Part shown: positions 30,229-39,553 of the stretch, in pieces
Layout: each line of letters starts with the position of its first letter
How positions within the stretch are numbered: the first letter of the stretch is position 1
Virus record (IMG/VR): IMGVR_UViG_3300027766_000001
Reading direction: 5' to 3' (one strand)
DNA from: a virus
Lineage: Duplodnaviria > Caudoviricetes
Length of the DNA: 64,000 bases
The notes under the pieces: model-generated
The model's database searches: none
What the model saw: the letters and a program-made list of their open reading frames with translations, nothing else
What the model was told of the DNA's origin: nothing
Made by a program: the position numbers and the translations under genes

Positions 30229-30549
30229 ATGGACCGGTCGATCTTCGACATCACCAATCCTCTGCTGCCGGTATTTCCACTGTGCAGTGATCCGGAGGTC
30301 AATCAAAAGCAAGCCGATTACCTGCGTCCGATTATTTTGAATGTTCTGGTTGCAGTGTCCAATCCGTTGCACTATCCCCGGTTGGAACAAGACATGCAGT
30401 CGTGGGACCCACAAGGCCGTGACATCTTTATCCGCTTGCATCGTCACTTGCAACCTGCGCTTATCCAGCACTCGGGTATCTTGCTGACTATCCTTGAGGT
30501 GTCAGCCACCCCAGTGAACTATCAGATAACAATAGGTCATGGTGTATGA
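30229..30549 (+). CDS. Hypothetical protein
   Basis: AAGGAG RBS; ATGA overlap with HslU-like gene. Confidence 0.7.
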   Translation: MDRSIFDITNPLLPVFPLCSDPEVNQKQADYLRPIILNVLVAVSNPLHYPRLEQDMQSWDPQGRDIFIRLHRHLQPALIQHSGILLTILEVSATPVNYQITIGHGV

Positions 30550-32183
30550 AAACCACATTTGAAATCACGCAATATTTAGACCAGTTTGTTATTGGTCAAA
30601 TGGATGCCAAACGTGCCATCGCTGTTGCTTACCGTGAACGCGCTTTGCGTTTAGAGAACTCCGGTGAAGAATGGCGCTACGTAGTGCCGAACAACATTTT
30701 GATGATTGGTCCAAGTGGGGTAGGGAAAACTGAGTTGGCACGGCAAATGGCCGAACTCACCAATGCACCGTTCATCAAAGTGGAGATTACGGAATTCACG
30801 CAGGTGGGTTACTTTGGTCGGGATGTGAAAACCATTCTCTCTGATTTGGTCACCGAAGCTGTGCGGATTGCGCCCAGTCTGTGGAAAGAGCAAAGTAAGG
30901 CAGTCGGCCCTTCTGCTGCAGTGAGTGGGTTAACGCGCAAACTGTTTTTGGAAGACAAAGACCTGGTTGCCAAGCACCTTAAAGTTGACCCGGCTGGGTT
31001 GACCTATGCGCAAGTAGAGGATGCCTCGAACGCGGGTAAGCTGAACAAGTTAATTGTGCCGGCCAGTTACATTCTGCATCATCGCTTAACTGTACCCGTT
31101 GAAAAGAAGAAGTCAACCATTGACGATATGCTGGAAGAAATGGGACTGTCGTTCAATGGCAACAAAGCATCGGGTGATTACGGCATCTACCAAAACTTCG
31201 CAGCAATGTGTATCTCAGCAGCGGGTTTGAAAGACAAAGCTGTGGCTGACCATCTGCAGACGTTACTGCCGGCAAGTTACTACGCAAGGTTGAGCCGTCG
31301 CCCCAAACTGTCAGAGTCATATGTCAACAACATCATGATTGGCATGGCACCTGACAAAATAAAAGACATCGCCATTGAACTGGGTAAGTACCACAAGACT
31401 AAATGGAGTGACCTGGTTAAAACGGTCAAGGTTGCCAATCGCTCATCCAATGACATTCCGGATGACTTCATTGTCCGTTTAGTGGAAGACCGCGGGATTA
31501 TCTTTATCGACGAGATTGATAAGATCTTTGTCGACAAGTCCGGTGGTAATGTGGGTAACATCGGTGTGGTGCGTGACTTACTCCCCTATTTGGATGGGGT
31601 GACCTTGGACGTTCCGATGCAAGGTGAACGCGAACAATACTACGGTAACAGCCGTGGTAAGAATCGTACCTTCCGTATCAACACCGCCAACATCCTCTGG
31701 ATTGCGTCTGGTGCATTCAATATCGCCAAGGTCTCTGATGTACCTGCTGAGATACTGGGGCGTCTTCCGGTGCATGTGCGTTTGCAACCACTGGACAAAG
31801 ACTCCTTGTACCAAATCCTGAACAAGCCGCACGGTTCAGTAATTGCTCGACTGAAGATGATCATGGGCGCTGAAGGGGTGGAGTTTAACATCACTGATGA
31901 AGCCGTGAAAGACATTGCCCAGTTGGCCTTTGACTGTAACCAACGCGGTGAGGATATCGGTGCACGTCGTCTGATTAACCTCAGCAGTGTCTTGTTTGAC
32001 CAGCTTCGCTATGATGCGTCTAACATGCCTGAGGACACAAAGATTGTAGTGGACAGTAAGTTCATTGCAGAACGTGCCAAAGCCATTCTGGAAGCCGTAC
32101 CTGCGCGTGTCCCTCGTCATAAACCGGTTAATGCTGAAACAGCGGTGTTAGCCAGTTTGGCTGAGTTATTGCGTAGTCGTTAA
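30546..32183 (+). CDS. hslU: HslU-like AAA+ unfoldase
   Basis: LDQFVIGQMDAKR, NILMIGPSGVGKTE, VGYFGRDV, IFIDEIDK, RDLLP, ASGAF, GRLPV, IGARRL. Confidence 0.9.
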   Translation: MKTTFEITQYLDQFVIGQMDAKRAIAVAYRERALRLENSGEEWRYVVPNNILMIGPSGVGKTELARQMAELTNAPFIKVEITEFTQVGYFGRDVKTILSDLVTEAVRIAPSLWKEQSKAVGPSAAVSGLTRKLFLEDKDLVAKHLKVDPAGLTYAQVEDASNAGKLNKLIVPASYILHHRLTVPVEKKKSTIDDMLEEMGLSFNGNKASGDYGIYQNFAAMCISAAGLKDKAVADHLQTLLPASYYARLSRRPKLSESYVNNIMIGMAPDKIKDIAIELGKYHKTKWSDLVKTVKVANRSSNDIPDDFIVRLVEDRGIIFIDEIDKIFVDKSGGNVGNIGVVRDLLPYLDGVTLDVPMQGEREQYYGNSRGKNRTFRINTANILWIASGAFNIAKVSDVPAEILGRLPVHVRLQPLDKDSLYQILNKPHGSVIARLKMIMGAEGVEFNITDEAVKDIAQLAFDCNQRGEDIGARRLINLSSVLFDQLRYDASNMPEDTKIVVDSKFIAERAKAILEAVPARVPRHKPVNAETAVLASLAELLRSR

Positions 32184-32186
32184 TCT

Positions 32187-32210
32187 ATGCCCGCTTCGGC
32201 GGGCATTCCT
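32187..32210 (+). terminator. Hairpin
   Basis: ATGCCCGC-ttcg-GCGGGCAT. Confidence 0.65.
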
Positions 32211-32229
32211 TTACTTGTAGGAGTATTAC

Positions 32230-32778
32230 ATGTTCAACGTGGTGACTGATATACAGTTTGATATCATCTCCCGTCGCTGGGAATCATGGTTAGCCAAAGA
32301 TCTACCAGATGTTGACCCACGTATAGCGGAGAGTCTGAAAAAGTTCAATGCCCTCACGGGTGTTTGTAGCACTTGGTCGTGCTCCGGTCACACCAAAGGC
32401 GAGTACGAAGCCCGTGATGACATGAAACACTACAGCGATCGACAGAAGCGCAACATCATCTTTGTTATCAACAAAGACGGTGGTTGGTTAATGAATGCCT
32501 TTGAATTGTTCATGGCAAAAATCGACCGGGATGCGTGGGGTCTCTATCGTCCTGAGATTCGCGCCTTCTTGTTGTCGTGGGCTTTTGATGTTGATGAAGC
32601 AACAGGCAAGCGAAAGCACTCCTCGTTGTTGTACCCGACGTGGCAAATTGTCATGAGTTATAACAACATCGGCGACTCCACCTCGGATGTCTCTAAAGCG
32701 ATTCATGACGGGTTAGAAGCGACCTGGAATGAAATGATTGATTTCTTTGTTATGTACCACGAGGAGTTTGTTAAATGA
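32230..32778 (+). CDS. Hypothetical protein with WSCSGH motif
   Basis: VDPRIAESLKKFNAL...TWSCSGH; AGGAG RBS. Confidence 0.7.
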   Translation: MFNVVTDIQFDIISRRWESWLAKDLPDVDPRIAESLKKFNALTGVCSTWSCSGHTKGEYEARDDMKHYSDRQKRNIIFVINKDGGWLMNAFELFMAKIDRDAWGLYRPEIRAFLLSWAFDVDEATGKRKHSSLLYPTWQIVMSYNNIGDSTSDVSKAIHDGLEATWNEMIDFFVMYHEEFVK

Positions 32779-33416
32779 ACACTGATTTCTCCACCATTTT
32801 ACAGTTCCAGCCACTGGAAGACAAAGGCAACCACATTCGCCTTTCAACGCAGTCTAAACAAGGCATCACTGTTGACATGTGGCAAATGGATGTAGAAAAA
32901 CCGCACTATCAGGCAGTGGCTTACATCCCTGGTCCAGACGGTAACGATGATCTGGATATTTTGCTTGGCCGTGAAGACACGTACAAGTTCCCACTGCCAG
33001 AAGATCGGTTAGCGTTTATTGCGCAGAATTACCTCAGCAGGTTGCGTAAGGCTGTGGTGCACGGCGCGACTGACCAGCTGCATTACAAACTGACGGACGC
33101 TGATCTCGTCACGGCACAAGCCGCTATGAAGCCACTGGACAGTGTTGTTGATAACCAGTACATCAATAACGATAACATCGAGATTGGTGGAAAGGAAATC
33201 TACTGGCGCATCTCCTCTATCTTCCTGGACAGCATGGGACGTACCACACCCGGCTTCTTGCAGAAGATCACCTTCACCGTGGTGGATGGCAATATCGAAC
33301 GCAGCGTCACCATCAAAGACGATATGACCGAGAACCCTAAGATTGATGTGGGTCATGTGTTCGAAACCAACAAACCCCTCATTGCCGAAGTTTTAGGCTT
33401 GGACCTGACTAAATAA
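32775..33416 (+). CDS. Hypothetical protein
   Basis: GAGGAG RBS, ATGA overlap. Confidence 0.75.
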   Translation: MNTDFSTILQFQPLEDKGNHIRLSTQSKQGITVDMWQMDVEKPHYQAVAYIPGPDGNDDLDILLGREDTYKFPLPEDRLAFIAQNYLSRLRKAVVHGATDQLHYKLTDADLVTAQAAMKPLDSVVDNQYINNDNIEIGGKEIYWRISSIFLDSMGRTTPGFLQKITFTVVDGNIERSVTIKDDMTENPKIDVGHVFETNKPLIAEVLGLDLTK

Positions 33417-33425
33417 GGAAAGACC

Positions 33426-33965
33426 ATGAGCGCCATTGCAAATGTATTAAACGACCTGGTTAACTGCTGGACTGTGTATAACAGCGACCGTCAATTGGAA
33501 GACCGCGCTGCAACAGTGAAAGTCATCAACAGCGGTGACTGTGGTCTGGTGGCAATTGCGGCCAGTCAGGTACTGCGTGAGAAGTTCAACTACAACGTGA
33601 CCATTCTGGTTAACCGTAATCACTGCTGGATGCGTATCAACGGTGTGGATTACGACACCCGTTATCCAGAAGGTTACCCGGAAGGGACGTCTGCTAACCA
33701 GGAATGGAGCCGCGACGAACTGGAAACGGTTCATGAGCTGGATTATAAATCAGCCTGTGATGAATGGATGCCGGCGGATTCGCATGGTGCGTTCCTGGTG
33801 AAAGCCTTTGTTGAACGCTACGGCCTTACCCTCCCTCAGGAACTGCACCATTGCATTACTAATGCGGCGGAGTATGAGCATGAATCGGTTATCCCGGTTC
33901 TGCAGGCGCGTTACCGTGCGGTGAAAGAAACCCCGGCTCTGGAAGTTGTTGCACAAGACATGTAA
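33426..33965 (+). CDS. Hypothetical protein, possible Cys-His-Asp papain/transglutaminase-like fold
   Basis: NSGDCG..A, NHCW, YD. Confidence 0.5.
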   Translation: MSAIANVLNDLVNCWTVYNSDRQLEDRAATVKVINSGDCGLVAIAASQVLREKFNYNVTILVNRNHCWMRINGVDYDTRYPEGYPEGTSANQEWSRDELETVHELDYKSACDEWMPADSHGAFLVKAFVERYGLTLPQELHHCITNAAEYEHESVIPVLQARYRAVKETPALEVVAQDM

Positions 33966-34001
33966 TCGCGGACTAATTCCACTCTTTATATGGAGGACAC
34001 T

Positions 34002-34406
34002 ATGACCGAATTAAAGCTGTGGAATATTCGCTGGGCGGTTGACGAATCAGCGGGCCTGTATCGCATGTTACGTGAGATACCGACACCGGAGTTCTTAAGT
34101 TATTGGATCACCGGACAAAGCATGAACGATGATCGTTGTACGTACATGGGTGTGATTGCTGCAGCCAATGAGACGGACGCGATTCAAATCTTGCTACATA
34201 ACGTGCAACCGGTAACAGAAATAAGCTGGGTGCGGCCGTATGTGATGAGCCCAAATGCGCAGGACAACTTCAATCATTACATGATGAGTTACAACCTGCA
34301 GCGTACGGTCTACTTTAAATCCCTGGGTTTGTTGTATGACAAACCCGTGGTATCACACACGGATTACGATGGCTGGGAATGCATCACGTTAACTGAACTG
34401 CTTTAA
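34002..34406 (+). CDS. Hypothetical protein
   Basis: GGAGG RBS before ATG 34002. Confidence 0.7.
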   Translation: MTELKLWNIRWAVDESAGLYRMLREIPTPEFLSYWITGQSMNDDRCTYMGVIAAANETDAIQILLHNVQPVTEISWVRPYVMSPNAQDNFNHYMMSYNLQRTVYFKSLGLLYDKPVVSHTDYDGWECITLTELL

Positions 34407-34416
34407 CGGGTAAGAC

Positions 34417-34788
34417 ATGAAAGCAATTGCGTACAGTGTGTTATTTCATGTTACGTGTCCCGAGGAACCTCAACTGAAACTGGTAGGGGTGTGTAACTAC
34501 GACCTCTACGTAACAGCTGAGCGCATAGCGGGGATTCAAAAAGAGTTGAAGCGGGAAATGAACCGGATAGGCGATCGCTTTGATGCGGTCTTCGATGCTC
34601 AGGATCATGAACGCGCAATGACCGTTGAATTCCCCTATGTTCCTATTCACCCCTCAACCATGTCACCGCCACCTGAGCCCGGTTCAAGTGCGTTGGCACG
34701 TTTACCGAAGAACATCAACACGTGCATTAATATCTGCATGAAAGGCGTTCATCAGGTCTTGTATGACTTAACCAAACCCGTGGGGTAA
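34417..34788 (+). CDS. Hypothetical protein
   Basis: 123 aa, contiguous in operon. Confidence 0.65.
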   Translation: MKAIAYSVLFHVTCPEEPQLKLVGVCNYDLYVTAERIAGIQKELKREMNRIGDRFDAVFDAQDHERAMTVEFPYVPIHPSTMSPPPEPGSSALARLPKNINTCINICMKGVHQVLYDLTKPVG

Positions 34789-34790
34789 TT

Positions 34791-35399
34791 ATGTTCTACG
34801 GAATCATGTTCTATTTTGATCAACCGGTGAAGCGGCTTTGGTACGTCGCCTCCTCGCAAAACGGCGAAGAGAAGTGGGACACCTTGTACAAGTTTAGCAA
34901 GCAGTACCCCACAGGTGTACCAAACGAGATCTATAAACTGATGGCGGGTGAGCACCAGCATGCGCCAAAGGTAAAGATCTCCATGGAAAACACGTTCCTC
35001 ACCATCGAGGACGCGATTGCGCACATCAATGGCTTGATTGAACACGACATCAAAGGAATGCGTGTGGCTGGGTTGTCTGATGAACAAATCCAAACCAACA
35101 TCATTAACGTCGATGATGCGGTGCGTCGCATTCGCATGATGCGTTCTGCGGTGTCAGTCAATGCTGGGTTGTATTATGACCACGGTGTGACAGCTATTAC
35201 CGATGAAGCATGGGATAGCATGGCAAAACAGCTTTGCGACTATCAACAAACCCATGCGTATGCCTTACCATTTGTGAACTTCTTTGATAAAGAGTTTGCA
35301 GACTTCACGCCGGACACGGGTTTCCATTTACCGTATCGTAGTGAACCGATCTACAGCACGGTGTTGCGCGCCGTTGAGTTTCTGGCACAACGCAAATAG
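34791..35399 (+). CDS. Hypothetical protein with C-terminal LigA domain-Ia-like segment
   Basis: LYYDHGVTAITDEAWDSMAKQL resembles YY...ISDxxYD of NAD ligase subdomain Ia. Confidence 0.55.
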   Translation: MFYGIMFYFDQPVKRLWYVASSQNGEEKWDTLYKFSKQYPTGVPNEIYKLMAGEHQHAPKVKISMENTFLTIEDAIAHINGLIEHDIKGMRVAGLSDEQIQTNIINVDDAVRRIRMMRSAVSVNAGLYYDHGVTAITDEAWDSMAKQLCDYQQTHAYALPFVNFFDKEFADFTPDTGFHLPYRSEPIYSTVLRAVEFLAQRK

Positions 35400-35407
35400 T
35401 CTTGTGC

Positions 35408-35426
35408 CTACATTACTGTTGTGTAT
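35408..35426 (+). promoter_or_regulatory. Early promoter
   Basis: CTACATTACTGTTGTGTAT. Confidence 0.7.
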
Positions 35427-35458
35427 CCCCTATTAACCATTACCTATACTCGTAAGGA

Positions 35459-37135
35459 ATGCTCATGAGCAACGAATTGAACTTCACCCCTGTTGACCAG
35501 GTATTGACCATTGCCCGTAATCCCGAGGACAATGAACTTGCTCCAGTGGTGTTGTATGTAAACGACACCGTTGTGCGTGCTGTCCATGAGCGCGATGCGA
35601 TTCACTGGACCGATAAAACTATCCTGGCGCACGTTTACCTGGAAGCGTTGTTCGAGCGTGACCGTAATAAACAGAATGATCCGTTTGCTGAGAGCATTCT
35701 GACGCTGATCATGAACACGCTGAAGCAGGCCAACGATCAGTACGACTTCGTCACCGAAGATTGGCTGGGTGTAAAACTCAACCTCGCGGAACAAGTCAAC
35801 GGTGAAACACTGTACGTGGAAGTGACCACCACTGACGGCTACGATCTGAACATCCGTTACATGGTACCGGGTCAGGCGTGGCAGGAAATCGAAGTGCGTC
35901 ACGATGAACCTGTGCCGGGTCCGTATGAACTGTATCGCCGCTTAACGGCAAATGACCACGTTAAGATGGAGCACCTGGGTAGTGTGTTCTTTGACGGTCT
36001 GGTTTATCAATACGAAGCAGCGGCCAACAGCACCTTTACACTGCAGTCACGTCTGGTGATTCTGCACGACGGTGGTGAAGAGCTATTCTCGGACGGTAAC
36101 CTGACGCAGTACGGTCTGATCAACGTGTTGCTGGAACTGCATCGTAAACTGATCCTGGGTATCAATTACGGCGACATGGAAACGATGGACATCGCGACCC
36201 GTCAGTTGGTTGCACAGAACTTGAACAGAATGCTGAACGAGCTGTTCGGTCTGCACGAGTTCACGGCGTTGGTTGACGGCCTGACAGTATCCGTGCGTGG
36301 TAGCGTTAACCCGGAAGTGAACTGCATGATTACCCACACCTATGTGGAATCGCAGAATGCAGTCCGTGTTGAGAGTCGCTTCTTTGTAGGTGCGGCAGAT
36401 TCGGCAATGGAAATCTCCGGCATGTTCGGCCTCGATGAAGCACCGATCGATGTTGCAACGGTTTACCAGAAGAACGAACAGCGTATCCGTGCGGGCCTTG
36501 GCTTACTGCCGATTCAACAGCCTGAAGCGGACGTGCCGTTCGGTGATCCGGACATGAGCAAGTCAACTGTGTCTGCGATAGCTGCAGTGGGCCCGACCAA
36601 TGGCATTGGGATTGGTTCTGATCTGTTGTGGCGCATCAAAGAAGATCTGCAGTTCTTCAAGAAGACCACTTCAGGGTGTGTTGTGATCATGGGACGTAAG
36701 ACCTTTGAATCCATTGGTCGCCCGTTACCGAACCGCATTAACATTGTGTTGACTCGCGATCCTGAATACGTCATGCGTTATCGGGAAGAGCAAGCTGACC
36801 AAAGTCTGCTCGCGAGCGGTGATGAGACCAATTACAACAACCTGCTGTGTGTTACCACCAAAGAAGAAGCGCTGCTGTTGGCGAACCGCGTGGCCAAAGG
36901 TAAAGAGATCTTTATCATTGGTGGCGGTGAAGTGTATAATCTGTTCATGGAAGACACGCAGAAAGTGTATCTCACCAACATCTACGGTGACGACTCACAT
37001 GCTGATGTGTTCTTCCCACTCACAGGTAATGACATCCCCGGCAAATGGGATGTTGAAGTACTGGCTGAAAACATGGAAGACGATTCTGTCTCACCACCGC
37101 TGGCGTACAGCCGCTACCTGCTGACCCGTAAATAA
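35459..37135 (+). CDS. folA: Dihydrofolate reductase (about 36554-37135) fused to about 365 aa unknown N-terminal region
   Basis: IAAVG...IG...LLWRIKEDLQFFK, VIMGRKTFESIGRPLPNR.NIVLTR, IIGGGEVY, VYLT...ADVFFP. Confidence 0.9.
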   Translation: MLMSNELNFTPVDQVLTIARNPEDNELAPVVLYVNDTVVRAVHERDAIHWTDKTILAHVYLEALFERDRNKQNDPFAESILTLIMNTLKQANDQYDFVTEDWLGVKLNLAEQVNGETLYVEVTTTDGYDLNIRYMVPGQAWQEIEVRHDEPVPGPYELYRRLTANDHVKMEHLGSVFFDGLVYQYEAAANSTFTLQSRLVILHDGGEELFSDGNLTQYGLINVLLELHRKLILGINYGDMETMDIATRQLVAQNLNRMLNELFGLHEFTALVDGLTVSVRGSVNPEVNCMITHTYVESQNAVRVESRFFVGAADSAMEISGMFGLDEAPIDVATVYQKNEQRIRAGLGLLPIQQPEADVPFGDPDMSKSTVSAIAAVGPTNGIGIGSDLLWRIKEDLQFFKKTTSGCVVIMGRKTFESIGRPLPNRINIVLTRDPEYVMRYREEQADQSLLASGDETNYNNLLCVTTKEEALLLANRVAKGKEIFIIGGGEVYNLFMEDTQKVYLTNIYGDDSHADVFFPLTGNDIPGKWDVEVLAENMEDDSVSPPLAYSRYLLTRK

Positions 37136-37171
37136 ACTTACTGGGGATGACAACATCCCCTTGTTCTCCCT

Positions 37172-37816
37172 TTGAGGTACCCAATGACTAAACCCGTAGC
37201 AGTGCCCAGCTTGACCGCCGCAGCAACCGTAAAAGAAGCCACCGGCAATCCCTTTACCATTCAGGCACAGTTGAAAGGCGTGATGCTGCTCAGTAACAAC
37301 ACTGTGTGGCTGAAGAACAACTACGTACTCGAAAACTTCCTGCTCGATGCAAAACAGCGTGACGCGTTGATCGCCAAGTATGACGTGACCCCGCTGATCA
37401 AACTGGAAGCGGCTGTCCGTGACGACGGCAAAGCAGTCAATGATCGTGCTGCACCGATCATGCTGACGCAGTACGCGACCGTGCCGTATGACGCGCGTAA
37501 ACTCGGCCACCTGATGATCCTGGAACGTGACAGCCTGATCATCATCTCCACGCATTACCACACCTCGAAGAAAGTGTCGTTTAACTACACGGCCTTTGAG
37601 AAGTCGCTGATTGAATACTGTCACCTGGTGACACTGGAGAAGCGTCGTCAAGATCCGATCATCATCCCACTGCCGGGTATGGATTGTGGTGATGTGCGTT
37701 TGGCGCAGGACGACGCGTCTTATGTGATCGATCCGATGCACATCGTGCGTGTGAAGAAGATCATCGCGAATACCATGTTCCCCGAAGCAGATGTCACGCT
37801 GGTTATCCCCAGCTAA
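37172..37816 (+). CDS. Hypothetical protein
   Basis: Likely start ATG near 37184 after GAGGT. Confidence 0.7.
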   Translation: MRYPMTKPVAVPSLTAAATVKEATGNPFTIQAQLKGVMLLSNNTVWLKNNYVLENFLLDAKQRDALIAKYDVTPLIKLEAAVRDDGKAVNDRAAPIMLTQYATVPYDARKLGHLMILERDSLIIISTHYHTSKKVSFNYTAFEKSLIEYCHLVTLEKRRQDPIIIPLPGMDCGDVRLAQDDASYVIDPMHIVRVKKIIANTMFPEADVTLVIPS

Positions 37817-37828
37817 CTGGAGCACCCT

Positions 37829-38224
37829 ATGCACGTAGCAACCCGTATGACTTCTCTGGGCGTCCATGCCCCTCTGATGCAGGTACCGGCTTGGGACAAA
37901 TTCATGTCCCGTGTGAGTAAATTGCACGACGATCGTGGCATTCCTAATAAGCGGGATCGTTTCCTGCTGGATGACAATATCCTCACCCGGATGCCCTCGT
38001 CACCGTGTCGCTACATCAAAGGGATTCGCGACTTCATGCAGACGTGGATGCGTTATGCGGATTATCGCGATAGCTTCATTGATCGTTTGCAGCAAGATCC
38101 AGAATTGGCTGAAGTACGTCTGCGGATTGGAAAGGTTCATGAAGATGGCCGGATCCACCTGTCGTTAGCCACACGTAAGGGCTTTATATCGGTTAGCTTT
38201 ACCCAAGACCAGTATGAGTTCTGA
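37829..38224 (+). CDS. Hypothetical protein
   Basis: GGAG RBS. Confidence 0.7.
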   Translation: MHVATRMTSLGVHAPLMQVPAWDKFMSRVSKLHDDRGIPNKRDRFLLDDNILTRMPSSPCRYIKGIRDFMQTWMRYADYRDSFIDRLQQDPELAEVRLRIGKVHEDGRIHLSLATRKGFISVSFTQDQYEF

Positions 38225-38301
38225 TTAATGTATATGACCACCTGATTGGGTGGTTCATTACACACAAGCAACCTGTCTATTCTAACAATGGGAATACCTC
38301 A

Positions 38302-38595
38302 ATGTCGACGAAGAAAACTGTAACTGTGGCTGAGATCGAAGCGGGCGTATTCGCCTTTGAAGGGATCCGTGTGATCCTGCGTGCGCCGGCTGGCAAGAAA
38401 GTCGCTAACATCCCGTACACCGATGGCTTCATCAATCGCTGCGCCAAAACCCACAATCTCGGTACCTTGCGTAAACGCATTGCCCAGATCGTAGGTGATG
38501 GCATCGAGGTTGAAGTTATCGATGCCAAAGGTAACGCGGTCCACGGTGGTACCAAAATTGGTAACCTGCGCGATACTTACGCCGTTCCGGCGTAA
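38302..38595 (+). CDS. Small basic hypothetical protein
   Basis: FEGIRVILR...GNAVHGGTKIGNLRDTY; recalls an uncharacterised bacterial/phage family. Confidence 0.7.
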   Translation: MSTKKTVTVAEIEAGVFAFEGIRVILRAPAGKKVANIPYTDGFINRCAKTHNLGTLRKRIAQIVGDGIEVEVIDAKGNAVHGGTKIGNLRDTYAVPA

Positions 38596-38612
38596 TAAAA
38601 ACAAAGACACAC

Positions 38613-38682
38613 CAGCATAAAAGAGGCACCTCCTTCCCACACGGGAAGGAGGCCCTCTCTACTTATGCCGTCTTTTTTTTTT
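38613..38682. terminator. Bidirectional terminator with CATAA/TTATG boxes
   Basis: CAGCATAA...CCTCCTTCCC-acac-GGGAAGGAGG...TTATGCCG plus T-run between convergent genes. Confidence 0.8.
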
Positions 38683-39541
38683 AGCTCAAGTTTAACTCGT
38701 AAATAAACAACACCACGTAGTTAGACGTCAATGCTGTTGCTAACAGCTGCTGGTATGAAGACCATTGCATCGCATTGATGGTGGTGGTGGTATTATAGTT
38801 CGCGGTTAACACATGGCCGCTGGTGATAAAGGTAATTGCCGCATCGTTGTAACGGTAAGTGTACAAGACACCCGGTAACGTCGTGCTGATGTTGGTGAAC
38901 GTCGCAGCAATCGCACCCCAGTCACTGACCTTCAACGTACTATCAAATGCCGTGATCGGAGCATTGTCCAGTACGTTGGTAAATGAAGGCAAGCGGATAG
39001 TAAACCCGTAACCCGCTTTATCAATGGTTAGATACGGTGTTGTCGTATCATTCACCGGTCGCATAACCTTCGCTGAGACCAAGGTATTGATTGACATCTG
39101 CGCGTAGGTGCTGTCGGGGATAAAAATGATTTTACCGTTGACGATCCACTTGTAGAACTTGGTCAGGTTCGCTGCACCGGATGCGGCAGTACCAATAGCC
39201 GTGCCAAGCTCAGTGAAGTTAGGAAGCTGTGACAAATCGGTAACCTCACCGAAATAGCCAAAGTCCCAATCCCCCAATGCCAGGTTCTTCGGCCCAGGCC
39301 CTGTATTGGTGAAATACCCAATAGCAGTAACCGGGGTACCTGTTCGACCCGATCCTTTTACACTGACGATTGAGTAGTACGACACCTTGTTCAATGGTGC
39401 CGTTGTATCCTCATAGCTTAACGCATCACCAGCAAGCGTGGCCACTTTGGTCAGTGTGCCCGTCTTGGTGGCTGCACGCCAAACCTCGATTGCATCCAAC
39501 GCCACCGTCCCTCTGTTCTTCCAGGCGAGTTTTGCTCCCAT
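38681..39541 (-). CDS. Putative virion protein, Fn3-like + GPG paralog domain
   Basis: AKLAWKN...YED...YYSI; TGPGPKNLALGDWDFGYFGEV; NGKIIFIP. Confidence 0.7.
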   Translation of the reverse strand: MGAKLAWKNRGTVALDAIEVWRAATKTGTLTKVATLAGDALSYEDTTAPLNKVSYYSIVSVKGSGRTGTPVTAIGYFTNTGPGPKNLALGDWDFGYFGEVTDLSQLPNFTELGTAIGTAASGAANLTKFYKWIVNGKIIFIPDSTYAQMSINTLVSAKVMRPVNDTTTPYLTIDKAGYGFTIRLPSFTNVLDNAPITAFDSTLKVSDWGAIAATFTNISTTLPGVLYTYRYNDAAITFITSGHVLTANYNTTTTINAMQWSSYQQLLATALTSNYVVLFIYELNLS

Positions 39542-39553
39542 GATTCATTCCCC

